DNA of 64,000 bases from Trichosphaerium sp. ATCC 40318 (taxonomy: Eukaryota; Protista; Tubulinea). Shown here piece by piece: positions 43,258 through 56,170 of this stretch; position 1 is the first letter of the stretch, and every line of letters starts with the position of its first letter. A program made the position numbers and the translations under genes. The stretch spans positions 248,001 through 312,000 of the forward strand of contig JALMLS010000578.1 of assembly GCA_038496445.1 (NCBI GenBank). Reading direction: 5' to 3'. Under the pieces are notes generated by a model. It was not told where the DNA came from. It did no database searches and saw only the letters and a list, made by a program, of their open reading frames with translations.

Positions 43258-45172
43258 TTATGGTACAGGTTGTGACAATCGTCTTACACAACGTTGTCTA
43301 ACAAGAGCAAACGCTGGTGCTACTGGAGCCATTGGTGGGGGTGGTGGAGGATTGAAATTAAATGCAGCTAAAACAAAGTTTGTTGGTGCAGTCATCGAAT
43401 AGGTGGTTACAGCATCAGTATTTACATCAATTGAGAAATACCTTCCATCATGACAGGAAACAATTAAAGTGCTTGTCGATATTGATGTCATACCTGCAAC
43501 AGAAAAATTAACATGAGGTGTCCAAAGCTAGAATAGAGTTTGACATTAGGTCGTACCCAGTATACCGCATAAACTAGGTAATGCGACTACAGTTATTGTG
43601 CGTTGAGGAACACATGAGTCAGATAGATAATTAGGGGCGACTGCAACAAAAGAGGTGCCGCCACGATATAGAGTACCATCAATGATTTCTCCTGTTAAAA
43701 CATGTGAGTAACATCAAAGGCTTTTCTGCAAAACTGCTTAAGGCGCGTGCCTTTGCCGAGATTTGTGTTACCACCACTGCAAGCAATTGTTAATTTACAA
43801 TTTGCTAAATCTACTTCATAAACTATCCCACCCTCCAGAGCGAATATTCTTCCACTGTCTTTATCTATCACCAAATCAAGCAGACCAACACTGGCGGTAC
43901 ACGTTTTGTCCTTGAAAAAGAACATAAGTTGCAAATGTAGGATGTAAAATAAAACGCACAATTTGACATGTGTAAGGATCAATTGAGAACAGCTCGTGGT
44001 TTGCATTTACATACAATACTTTATCTAGTAAAGCACTATACTCCAAAGCGACAGGTTGAGTACCAAATTCTGGATTATCACATGCTATAAGCAGTGATTA
44101 AGTGACGATTTAGTTAAAATGTATTCGTACATGCTATGACAGTATTTGTGTCTGAAAGTAGTCGATAATCAAATCCTGGTATTGCAGGTTTTCCTGTAAT
44201 TAAAGCATCAATCACACCTCCTGGAGGTGCCAAAAATAGATAAGAAATGGCACTGCTTCGTTGTAGCCGTATTAGAGACTCCGATATTGTTGAGGTTGCA
44301 ATATCCAAAGAAAAGTAGCTATCAAATAAAGGAAACCCATCATGGTATCCAATAATTTCGTTGTCAGAGACTGCTGTAATATCTAGGTAACAAATAAGTA
44401 AAACAAAAGTTTACCATTCGACGTACCAGTAAAAATGTCAATTAGATTAAGAGGATATGCCACCGTTTGAGAAGGAACACAAGCCATAGGACCTGTTAAA
44501 GGTGCTATGATCATATTTTCATCTCCGGCCAAGTACAACATATCTCCAATTATCTCAGCTATAAAAATGCACGTGATAAGCAAGCTAAGAAATAACTAGT
44601 AAAAAACGCACATCCACTGACAATAAACGAAAGATTCGTCAAGTCCACTTTACAGTAATGACAAATAGAGCAATCTTTTTTATCAACCTGTGCAATAAAT
44701 CCCAATGGATGGACAGCATATAATACTTGAGTAGCCTTATCAACAACGATTGAAACAAATATATTACTGATTTTACAAGTATTCTAGTACAATTAATAAT
44801 TGTAAGATGTCTACTAACGAGCATACCTTTACTACACATGTGACTGGATCTACTTGAAACAGGATACGATCAGCATTCAATGCAAATAGTGTTCTTGTGG
44901 CAGGAAGATAGGTCATTGAAGTCAACCTTTCAGTACGGAATGGGTCGGCACATACTAAACAATGTGGTTAGTAGTTACAAACAAACTAATGTTCTATTTT
45001 TAAGGATGAAGTTATAACAAAGGTGGCATCTCGCACTCTTTACAGTTGTCTGAAATATATCTCCTAACTTCATTTCTATGCCTGATGAACCGTCAACCAC
45101 ATAAACATTTTGTGAGAGAGTGTACGCCAAGAAAGACGTTATGACAAGGAACAAGACAGGTGTTGCGTTCAT
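43258..45172 (-). CDS. Secreted protein family A, copy A2 (ends CVRRLSQPVP*)
   Basis: MNATPVLFLVITSFLAYTLSQ...; same exon structure as A1/A3; lacks the central Pro-rich linker (APPGGVIDALITGK). Confidence 0.8.
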
Positions 45173-45691
45173 TGTGTGGGTGTTTACTAAAAGTGATCAT
45201 TCTCTTAACTGCAATCCTCTAAAACCCACGTTGAGTGTTGCAGTACTCGAGATTTCACTAGAACCTACAAAACACAGTATCTTAGTTGAAAGGCTAGCAT
45301 TAGAATCACTAAAAATCACGTGATTATTTTGTGTAGCTCACCATAACTCGCCATCTAGCGGTAAAAGACTAGAAATCGGTCTTCGTTTGATTTGTTTTTA
45401 AGGTTATCAATGAGCTCAACCGGAAGATGTCTAGGCTACTGGTTATTTATTTAGTCGCAGTTGTGTCATTTAGAGTTCCGCATTACTTCCGAGCTAGTGG
45501 TAAAACCTTCCGTCCAGGAAACGATTAAATATTGCAACTTTGTAAGGAGAAAAAGGCATACAATGTCTGTAGCAAGAAGATTTACGTAGAAACACTTAAT
45601 ACTCTTTTGTTGCCTGTATAATAATGATGGTTATGTCCTCCGCAACGATCTCTAAATAAATGAAGGAATGTTTGATGCAAATTTTATTGTT

Positions 45692-47511
45692 TCAAAGTCG
45701 TCGTCCACATTGTCCTGGTTTTGAGTTAATTACCCTTTGTATTGAGTTTTCCATCATAAACAATAATATAGCATCCTCACTTGTATTGTCATTGTCCCTT
45801 TCAACCTCAACTGCAACCTAAACAATGATGGTGAATACAGAATAAAAACGCTAATCATGAACTGAGACTTACAGCTGTTGATTCAGTCATAGTCCCATAG
45901 GCGATAGCAGGTTGCTCAGGATCAAACCCTAGTTTAGGTATTAATAATTTGACTGGAACTAGCAAACAAACCTGGTATGGTAAGCGACACAACTTTAAAG
46001 GATAGAGTGGCAGATTTATAAATTGTAATGTACACTGTTCTCTTTGTTCTTGATGCATCAGGAGATAACCCTATAAAAGTACCATGTATATCCGGTATTG
46101 CATCCATACTTATAACAATATCAGAAGGATCCAAAGGTTGAACAAGTGTTTGGACACTGTCAATACTGTTCACATTAAAACTATCATCAACTTCTCGAAG
46201 AAAAAAGTCTGAGCTCTCAATATCAAGACTATTTGGAACACTTTGGTAAGACATGATACCAATATATCCTGATATTGGGTGATACTGTGCTGCTAAACCA
46301 CTGGAGCTATGTAGATTATCTTCTCTACCCTAAAGACAATTAATAAAGTGTTTGCAATTCAATGACAACAATTAAAAAAATCAGTAATGCATACAATAAC
46401 TGCTTCGTTTTCGTCTATTATCCAATGAAATATTGTTTCTCCAGAAAATATAACATCAAAACAATTACAAGCCTGCCCTGCGTATACAACATCAAAATCT
46501 CCTCCGCTCATTGCTAATAAAAACAATAAACTCCTCTCATTGAATATTGATGGAAAATACTTACGTATTGCAGCTGTAGTGATCATCTTTTGAGAGTCAA
46601 TAACTGAGAATAAGTTGTTACCGAATAAGGTATTACCATCTATCCTGTAGGTAACCAAGTATTTATCATCAACTAAATGCAAGAGTGAATAACGAACAGA
46701 AAACAGAATCTACTACTGACATACCTGGGTTGTGAGCTATCTTTGGTTTAAATCGTACTATGTCACTCTGAGCATGAACAGTTATCACTTGTTCGACAAT
46801 TATGCCCTTGATAAACATAAATTTCATGGATTTCTCATCTTCAACGTACACCGTTTACTGTATCTTCGACAAGAAATATTGCATACACTGTGTCTTGGCC
46901 TTCAAAAAATGAGGTACCAATAATAGCAATTTCATCGTTCCCAAAAGCAATGTTGGCATCGTCTGTATTAATTACTCGAAAGTAGGTTAGGTCACCTAGA
47001 GCAAGTCCTAAATATAACCTTAGGCATGCTGCCGGTTGCGTTTTGAGGTGTTGTTGTACCTTGCTTGGTGAATACAACCACAATCAAGTCCGTGGTTGTT
47101 GACATTTCGTCATCGTACTCAAAAGTAAGCACAAAATATTCCTAAAATAGGTCACGACGGAGAAGTCACGTGAATGAAAAACATAGGTTAAGTATTTGAA
47201 CTAACCACTCCGTTTATTATTCCGGACGCTAATATAGGTTTTTCGCTATCGCCTGTTACTTCATCAAGCTCAGGTATGATTTCGAGTATTCTAAAAGGTC
47301 TGAAGATATCTACAGGCTTATTAAACTTATCTGTGCGTTTTTATTTCTTCTTAGTACCTAGGCAACCACCGTTAACCTCGATTCTGACAGGTAAAGGTAG
47401 GTTACTTCTCTTTCTTACAACCTCGTGGCTACCACGTGTTTTTACCAATAGTACAAGCAAGGTGAATGTTAGGAATAAAGTAAATGTGTAAGAGCAGCTG
47501 TTGTAATTCAT
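45692..47511 (-). CDS. Secreted protein family B, copy B3 (diverged; ends PGQCGRRL*)
   Basis: MNYNSCSYTFTLFLTFTLLVLLVKTRG-SHEVVRKR-SNLPLPVRIEVNGGCL|...FNVNSIDSVQTLVQPLDPSDI...PEQPAIAYGTM...SKPGQCGRRL*. Confidence 0.82.
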
Positions 47512-48012
47512 TTGCGTTATTGTTTGTAGACTTTTACTGTTTTGAAGTACCCTGACTGGTGGCAAAATGTGATTGTAGTACAACACAAGAAATCGTAAGA
47601 ATCTTCGAAGAATATGTTACACTTGTGTTATCACGCAATAGTTTCTTTGAACAGTCCGTCAGAAATATTCAAAGAATTGGAACGTGGTACTTCGTGTTAT
47701 GTAAAGAAAAGACCAGACTTTCTAGAATCAAGCTACAGGGCATATAGCAATACATGGTAACATAAAAATGTTTACTTGAAATAATAGTATTTCACGAACT
47801 CATCTCTACAGGTCATAAATTGTGTTTCACTGTGTTAATTTTATGATGTCCAACAGTGAGAATGGGATTGCTACTGTTGATATTAAGATTAATATATGGC
47901 AGGTGTACGATCTTACATTGGAAGAAGAATGCATTTTTTGTAAGCTTGTGGTAATGACAAAATTAAATTTATTATCTGCACAGAAGTAATTGAATGCGTT
48001 GATTCATAATTT

Positions 48013-50122
48013 TTATGGTACAGGTTGTGACAATCGTCGTACACAACGTTGTCTATCAACAAACGCTGGTGCTATTGGCACCATTGGTGGGGGAGTTGTA
48101 GGTGGAGGTGGAGGATTGAAATTAAATGCTGCTATACCCAAGCTTACTGGAGCATTAGTAGCAAAGGTGGTTACAGCATCAGTATTTACATTAACTGAGA
48201 AATACCTTCCATCTAGACAATTAACAATTAAAGTGCTTGTCGATATTGATGTCATACCTACAACAATTAACTGTGATATGTGTACAAGGCAATATTTAGA
48301 ATATGTAAACATTAAAAAACGTGAGATCTTACCACCTATTGAACAAGCCAAGCGTATTGGGCGTTGTACAGCACAAGATCCAGATAGAAAATTAGGAATA
48401 ACTTCAACAAAACGGTCACCACGGTATAGAACACCATCAATGATTACTCCTATTAAAATATTCATGTCAGTTGTATGTAACACGAGTTTTTTTTTCCGAA
48501 ACACGTGCCACCACTATTCCCTTGTTGATTGGTTCTTTGATCACTACAAGCAATGGTAAACTTACAAGTTTGTAAATCTACTTCATAAGCAATCAGGTCT
48601 CCACCCTCGGCAAATAATCTTCCACTGTCTTTGTCTATCATCAGTGCAACAATTGTAACACTGGCGATACACGTTTTGTCCTTGAAGAACGTAAGTTGCT
48701 GTTGGTGTATGTAAATAAAAGGTATCGTACAATTTGACATGTGTAAGGATCAATTGAGAATAGTTCTTGGTTCGCGTTTACATACAATACTTTATCAATT
48801 ACAGCACTATACTCCAAAGCGACAGGTGGAGTACCAAATTCTGGATTATCACATGCTATAAGCAGTGATTAAGTGACGATTTAGTTAAAATGTATTCGTA
48901 CATGCTATGACAGTATTTGTGTCTGAAAGTAGTCGATATTCAAATCCTGGTATTCCAGCTTTTCCTGTAATTAAAGCATCAATCACACCTCCTTGAGGTG
49001 CTATTGTTGGAGGAGGTGTAAGCATCACTGGAGCGACAGGAGGCATTGTTGTATCTACTGGAGGATCCAATGGTCCTTCAAAAAATAGAGTAGTAATTCC
49101 ATCTGATTGTGGTAATGTTGTTGTTAACGCAGATATTGTTGAGGTTCCAATATCCAAAGAAAAATAGCTATCAAAGAAAGGACGCCTCTCAAGGTATCCA
49201 ATAATTTGATTATCTGAGACTGCTGTAATATCTGAGGAACAAATTAAGTATAGATAATTTTGAGAAATGAAAAATGTACCTGCAAAAACATCCTGCATAT
49301 TAGCAGTATATGACACTGTTTGTGAAGGAACGCAAGCCATAGGCCCTGTTAAAGGTGCTATAATCATATTATTATAAGCAACTATATACAATGTATCTCC
49401 AATTATCTCAACTGTCATAATACAACAACTTAATTAGCATACTAGAACAAAGATTTGAAAAAAATATCGTACGCCCACTCGTGGTACCAATATTTGTTAT
49501 ATCCACTGTACACAAATTGCAAAACGAACAGTCTGTTGCATCAATCTGTGTAACAAACCCCGATAAGGAGAGTCCATATAGTATTTGCGTAGCCTTGTCA
49601 ACTGCAATTGACGCAAACTCTACACTCAATTCGCATGTATTCTATATCAATACAATCAATTAATGGTGTAATTATACACTCAGATCATACCTTTACTACA
49701 CATGTGCGTGGATCTACCTGGTATACGATACCAAGCTCAGACAATACAAACAGTGTTCCTGTAGAAGGTAGATAGGACATTGAACTAATAGCTTCAGTAC
49801 TGAATGGGTCGCTACAGCCTAAATAAAGAGCTAAGTATCAAAGCCTAACCGAACTCCGCACTAATGTTTTCTAGACTACTCGAGTAAAAGAAGTTAAAGG
49901 TCAATAGGTAGCTACCTATTCATCTTGTAATAAAACTTTGTGCTGTACTATGGAGAATTGTGAATGGAAGTATTACGTACTTTGTAGAATATCGTCTGTA
50001 TTGGCAATTGATAGTATTTCTAAACCTGATGGACCTTCAACTGCATATGCATTATTAGCTTGTGAAAGCGTATACGATAATAAAGTAGTAAGAATAAGGA
50101 ACAAGGCAGGTGTTGCGTTCAT
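48013..50122 (-). CDS. Secreted protein family A, copy A3 (ends CVRRLSQPVP*)
   Basis: MNATPALFLILTTLLSYTLSQ...; two beta-rich halves with recurring (V/I)DP.TC motifs, separated by a PPVDTTMPPVAP linker. Confidence 0.82.
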
Positions 50123-50454
50123 TCTGTGTTTGTTACTAAAAGTTATCATTCTTTTAACTGCAATCCTCTAAAAATCACGTTGAGTTTGTAGTACTCGGCT
50201 CGAGATTTCTCTAGACGCTAACTGAGAAACTAATGTTGCTATCGAATGGCTCAAGATTGTTTTGAATATTTCACCATAACTACTAAAAATAGAAACATCT
50301 CTAAAACCACGTGATTGATTTTTCGGAGTCACACCGCTATCAACACAAAAGACTTGTAGGATGCTAGCTAGAAGACAAAATATAATTTATGAACTCCGCT
50401 GAGAAAGTGAACAAACAAACACTTCTTCACGCAGTGACGTAAAGGTGTTGCATC

Positions 50455-52422
50455 AGTCATGGCGTTTACGCGATAACGGTTGCTCAGGGTAATATCCCAG
50501 TAGGTACGAATAATTTGACTGTAATAGCATACAAACCAGGTATCTAAGAGAAAATAATTAAGGTGAATCACCTTGCGACCCTACTGTAAAAGGTAAGTGT
50601 CCTTGTCTTTCCCTATTGTTGCACTTTTCAATAATAAGCACCTGGTAAGAATTAGTTGGCTCAATAGTTCGTGAACACTAGCAGAATTTGCTCCAGAATT
50701 ACCTTAAATAGCAACTACTTACCTGCAGGTTTTGTACAAATAAAAGACAAAGGAGATCCACCGCCGTTGATGAAAAGCTAGAAAAAAGAAGCTTAAAAAT
50801 AGGTGACTTTGATACCGCTTTAATTGCATGAGTAGTACTTTAGCTGCTTGCTAGATCTTAATTGTGAGTTTAAGAACCTCTTACATAGGTACAGTGATCT
50901 TTTAAGATGTAAACAAGCTGATAGCAAACTTGTGTTTAAATGTTCAAGGTTTAAATCAAAAGATGTATTAGGTGCTATTTACTCTTTTATCTGTACAATT
51001 GGTAACAAACCAAAGTCTAAAATATGACAAATATAGCATCACACATAAATCATGGCAAGCATCCCCCATAAAATCCTCAGCGTCCATAAGCACTACAAAG
51101 TTAGTTATTAAAATTAAAGCACCATCAGTGTAACTTGCTTGGAACGTTAAACATTTCTTCTGCTCGTTCTATCGCCAATGTCACAACACCAACATCAATG
51201 TTCCCTTTGTCGCATTGTATTGTATTAGGTCTCATACTGTTCAACAGAGCGATCAAAGCTGAACCATCTTTCCAACTATTTAAGGTTAAACAAGTTAAAA
51301 AAAAAAAAGAGGTGCTGTGATACTAGTAGTAGTCCAAGATGTCTCGTTATACCTTGATGAAAAATTAGTTACATTACTATCAGGGATCATATTGTGAACC
51401 CAGTCCATTATGATCTTCCTTTCGCTGACTCCTACACAACTGATTTTAAAAATAGATTTTAATCACAAAAGACTCGGCAAACAGTCTCGTACTCTTTCCT
51501 TCTATTTTGTCACTTGGAAGAAGCATACAGTATTTTGCTTGTAGAAGGTAAATTATACCTAATGTTATCCTTTCATGTCCATCGACAATATCTTACGAGT
51601 ACAATTAGTCATTTGTTTTGGAAGCTTTTTTTTTTGTGATTTGGTAACGGGAACAGAAAACTAACCTTCACCTGATACACCAACCAATTTGATACCATCA
51701 TCCGTCAATGCTTGAAGAGCACATTGTGCATTTGCTAGCTTATGAACTCTCATTCTTATCCTTGTATAAATACGACCAACTTGTTTACCTGAAGCACATG
51801 GTCAGTAATAATACCACAAACATTGCATTGCTTGACAAATAGATGCCTTGTTGAAAAAAATGTGATTAATATAGCTTATAAGGAATGGGTAGCATGTCCC
51901 TCATACTGAGGAGTGATGGAACTAAACTGTTGTAGGGAACTTGAGCAGTTTTTGGTTGAAGAAATTGCAGGTAAACCATGCTAAACTTCATGACCAATCC
52001 TGTGCATGAAGACAGTAACTGAAGTATACTCTGTACAACAAGCTATCATTTATCAAAGTACATTGACATTGTATAATAGGTATACAGTCACGTGGGGTGA
52101 GGTATGAAAAGAGTCTGACATTTTTAATCAAAATGTTGTTGCTAGAGTTTGAATCGCTCAAAAACGCGGTAACTATACCTGTTACGATCTCTATGAGGTG
52201 ACACAGATAAATACCGTCTTGTAAGTCCTTTATTATGTCGTTTAAACGATATCCTACAAATTTTATTCTTTAACACCCTCATTCGCTATTTCTAGGCGTA
52301 CCTCTTATCTTTAAGTGCATATTGCACCATTTTGTGTATACCTTTTTAGTCGGTTAACGGTATGGCTTAAAAACCTACAATACCTTCTTTTGAGATAACA
52401 TCCACGATGGAACTTGGCTCAT
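50455..52422 (-). CDS. Filamin/alpha-actinin-type actin-binding protein (tandem CH domains); 3' end uncertain, probably truncated
   Basis: WMLSQKK|VYTKWCNMHL..DLQDGIYLCHLIEIVT...IKLVGVSGE|DIVDGHERITLGII...WVHNMIP..NVTNFSS|SWKDGSALIALL...LMDAEDF...VMLYLSYF, followed by the start of one filamin Ig-like repeat. Confidence 0.82.
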
Positions 52423-52723
52423 ATTCTATTTACCACACTAACAACGTCCAAAACCAATCTTCAACTTTCTTCTCGGTGATATTACTTCGTGAAACTCATT
52501 GGTTTTTTTTATGATTTCTATGTGTTTCAAAATGGTTATTGGTCATTGTAGGCGGTGAAACTATGTGACTTTCATACGGGACACCAAATATTTTGTACTG
52601 AAATTCATTTGCAAGGACGCTGTAACTACTTTACAATAATTTACTTTTTTTTTCCTTTTTTGTTGTACTCGTTTAGTGTTTGTTTGTTATCTTTTAACTT
52701 TGCTTGCTCTTTGTCATTCTTTG

Positions 52724-54257
52724 TTATTGTTCCAAGCTTATAGAATCTGTGGTATTTTCTTGCAACAGCGCATCAGCTTCAGCTTGTGCTCTAAGTTCTG
52801 CTTGCTCCTCGCGCCAACGTCTGACATATGGATTATGTGAAGATTCAGGAAGCTTGACATTGAATGAGTAGTTAATGAGTGGTACTGTAAATGTGAATTC
52901 GCGGTTTGCAACAAGTCCAGGTTGAACAGAAGATGTCTTCATACTTTCACGGTCAAGTCTAAACCTACAACGGAACAAACAGTTAGTCACAAAATACAAA
53001 AAATAAAGAACATTGCGAAGTTGAAGAAATAACAGTCACGTTATTGTAAGATTTTTAAGGATAGTGAGGTTATTAAAAAATAATCCAATTATATCGTGTA
53101 GTACCCTACAGCATCCATTGAATTTTCTATAGAATTGCCAACCCCGTCACCACGCTGACGATTAAACATTTAGTAAAAAAATTACACAAAAAAATTGTGT
53201 TTTGTGTAGTAATAGCCTCATGTAAGACGTTATCATACCTCTCTCAAAACTCGAGTTAGTGTGTACAACTACAAAAGAGTAAGCGTTTCTCAAAGTTCAA
53301 AAAAGCAACTTTAAAAATTGGAAATGGAAAAAGCGATCGTTTTGGTATCTGTGTTAGCACAAAATGCTCGTAAAAACAAATTGTTGTAGCACCCATCTTG
53401 CACATTACTTGTGAGAAAATACCAAGATATTGAAAAAATGGTGATAAGAATTCAAAATCAAAAGAACTATTAAAACTTACGTCATGGATACCAGTTATCT
53501 TACTGCCAACGTATAACGTTGTAGCAGTTATACCAAATACAATACCAAGGCTCATAACTAACGCACGTGTTGCCACTGAAAAATGCCCTAAAGGTCACAA
53601 TTTATGTCAGAAAATGTCACGTGACAGGTAAAGGTAAAAAAAAAAAGGAAAAGTGAGTTTACACGCTGCGTACTTAGCATTTGCTTTCTGTTTAGCTTTT
53701 GTTGACGATAGAAATATAATCCTGGCGCTAAACCACATATAAAGCCAGGTACAGCCATAAATCCACTGAAATTAACATTGTAAGCGTAAAAACAGCTATT
53801 TTAACTCGTTTACTTACGCAATGGTTGCTATACTACCTGTACCGAACTATGAGGTGGTTTTTAGTACGTTTATGTATTATTAAAAGGAAATAAGAACTAT
53901 GGCTTTTTAAACGGTTATTAATGTGCGTACGAGTATTTTTGTAGCGTCTGTAGTTAAACGACGTTGTTCTTCTTCGTCATCTGTAGCTTTTATGTTTTCT
54001 TGAATTTTTTGTATTTCTTGTATTGTTTCTGCTACCTGGGTGTTCATGTATGTCTGTACTTTATTATAAACCCATGTTTTCATCCTATCTACAGCAGATG
54101 GTCTCTTTTCGACTATGTGTGCGGCTAATACGCTATTACGTTGAAGAAAGCGGTTTCACAATTTACCCGAGTCAGAATCAACGCCAATGTCGTCGCTAAG
54201 TTCGACTTCATCCCAAGCACTGGCTAATAAAGCACCTGTAGAACTTTGGGCTGCCAT
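52724..54257 (-). CDS. Hypothetical membrane protein (weak resemblance to TMEM242/DUF1358-type proteins)
   Basis: ATG 54257 MAAQSSTGALLASAWDEVEL; multi-exon; hydrophobic exon VATRALVMSLGIVFGITATTLYVGSKITGIHD. Confidence 0.55.
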
Positions 54258-54426
54258 TACGCTAGTTTTGTACTGAAATGACTTTAGTTAAGCGAGCTGT
54301 GCCTTGTTCTCAGCACAAATCAACAACAGACCTCGCAAACGCATCAAGAACACCTTGGCGAACTACAACTACAAGTTGTGTATTATTATTTAACGGCATT
54401 GCTAAAAATACCCAAGACTATTACCT

Positions 54427-55125
54427 ATGTCCATGGATTTACCACAGGAAATAATAGAAGGATGTATAATGCCTCTGGCATTTGATACAGCGAAGGAAGT
54501 CATAAGTCTGTTCTTGGTTTGCAAGCAATGGAACGCTATGAGGTATACGAACACTTTCTGGCGCGATTACGTTCGTAAAGACCTCGTACACGAGCGTTTA
54601 GGAACGTTTAGTCCCGAAAACCGTGAAACAATGCCAACCTTCACAGAAGAACTAGGAAGTACATTTGCTTGTTGTTTTAAAGTCAAATTTGAATCTTTTA
54701 GCCTTTGTCCGTATCCCAAAGGCTTAACCTCGCCTTCCTTTTTTCAATTTCATGGTTTAGGCTCTCCATATGGTAGGAACCAAGGAGGTCTTACGTTTTA
54801 CATGTATTGTAAGTCTAGAAAAGGACCTCATGGGAGAGGAATCATTCAAAATGATGGATGTATTATTGTACCTCCAAACTATGTTCGTGTGAATGAATGG
54901 ATGGATATTGTACTATATAAAGCACCTAGAGCTATTTGGATATATGTGGATGGTGTAAGATTTGGTCACAGAGTACCTGAAGATGTGACATCTGATGACT
55001 TTTTGGGTGTTTCTGTTGGACCTGCTTGTATTTGTACAAAGGGTGATCGTGGAGTTGAAATGAAAGATGTTCGTTTATTCCGTACGTTGCCACCATTACA
55101 TTTGGTAAGGAAGCTGTATCCATGA
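54427..55125 (+). CDS. Intronless F-box protein with a ConA/LamG-like C-terminal region
   Basis: MDLPQEIIEGCI...LFLVCKQW...FWR; C-terminal VNEWMDIVLY...IWIYVDG pattern. Confidence 0.75.
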   Translation: MSMDLPQEIIEGCIMPLAFDTAKEVISLFLVCKQWNAMRYTNTFWRDYVRKDLVHERLGTFSPENRETMPTFTEELGSTFACCFKVKFESFSLCPYPKGLTSPSFFQFHGLGSPYGRNQGGLTFYMYCKSRKGPHGRGIIQNDGCIIVPPNYVRVNEWMDIVLYKAPRAIWIYVDGVRFGHRVPEDVTSDDFLGVSVGPACICTKGDRGVEMKDVRLFRTLPPLHLVRKLYP

Positions 55126-56170
55126 AGAAGCCAAGAAATAAACTGTGGCATTCTCATTTTTTTCATTCTTTTTGTTTTATTGAGTACACTTCCGCTGAAA
55201 GGAAAATCATTTCGGACTGAGACAATATTAATGCTATTTATATTATTTGTTTTGTATCCTTGCTGCGCCTGCTAGGTTAAGTCGACCAATTGGAAGCTGA
55301 AGTGAATCAGCTGTATTCTCACATGATAATAGTCTTAAGCTACGCCCATGAGCTCAATTTTGAGCTCCTATGGGCTTAATGCCTTTGTTGTCACTCAGCA
55401 ACCTATTTCGTATTATTGGATTTAGACGACGTGTATTCTACAACACTTCATCTACATACGTATAACTTGGCTAAAAGAACTCACACTGCTGTTTCTAACA
55501 AAAACACTGTATTCTGTCAAAAAAAAGTAGCACGTGGCCAAAACAATTACGCTTTGCGTAAACGACAAGCCTAGGCCTGCTCTTTCTCTTTTCACATGAA
55601 CATGGTTCAACGCTAATCACATTGAAGTGGCAACATGCTGTAGTGTTACCACATGAATAAAGATGAACCCACAATTTATTGTGACACGTATTTCCTTTCG
55701 TCAAAAGAAAAAAAAATCGTAAAAAAAAAGAAAAGAGTAGAAAAAAAAATCCTGAATTTTTCAAGGAAGTATTTTGTTGTGGTTTAACCTACCACAGCAA
55801 ATTAGACGGTCGTAACGTCATGTGACATGCACATGGTATCTATTCAAACCTTTTTGCTGATGAAGTCTGCATACCTCCCTTCAACACCAGTACAAAGCTC
55901 GCGGAGCTGGTGGTTTTCATGTCATAAAAGAAGAAACTTTTAAGAATGCAATTCTCATTGGCTTTTTAGAATACAACACTGTCACATGTTCTGTCACATA
56001 GGTAACAGGTAATATCATACAATTGCAATTCTCACTCTATGTAGAGTTCAAGTCTTAGCCTAAATACATCAAAGATTGTTTTTTTTTATGGCTTTTTTTT
56101 TGAGGTTTTGGAATTACCAACTATCTAGCACTCAAACGGACTAGCTCAAGGGATTTCTAAAGCCATCCAC

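Noticed and set aside
51791-52177. Unusually long (~390 nt) intron in the first CH domain as a possible snoRNA host or nested gene
   Set aside because: No convincing C/D or H/ACA boxes; only a ~41-codon ORF without recognisable features.
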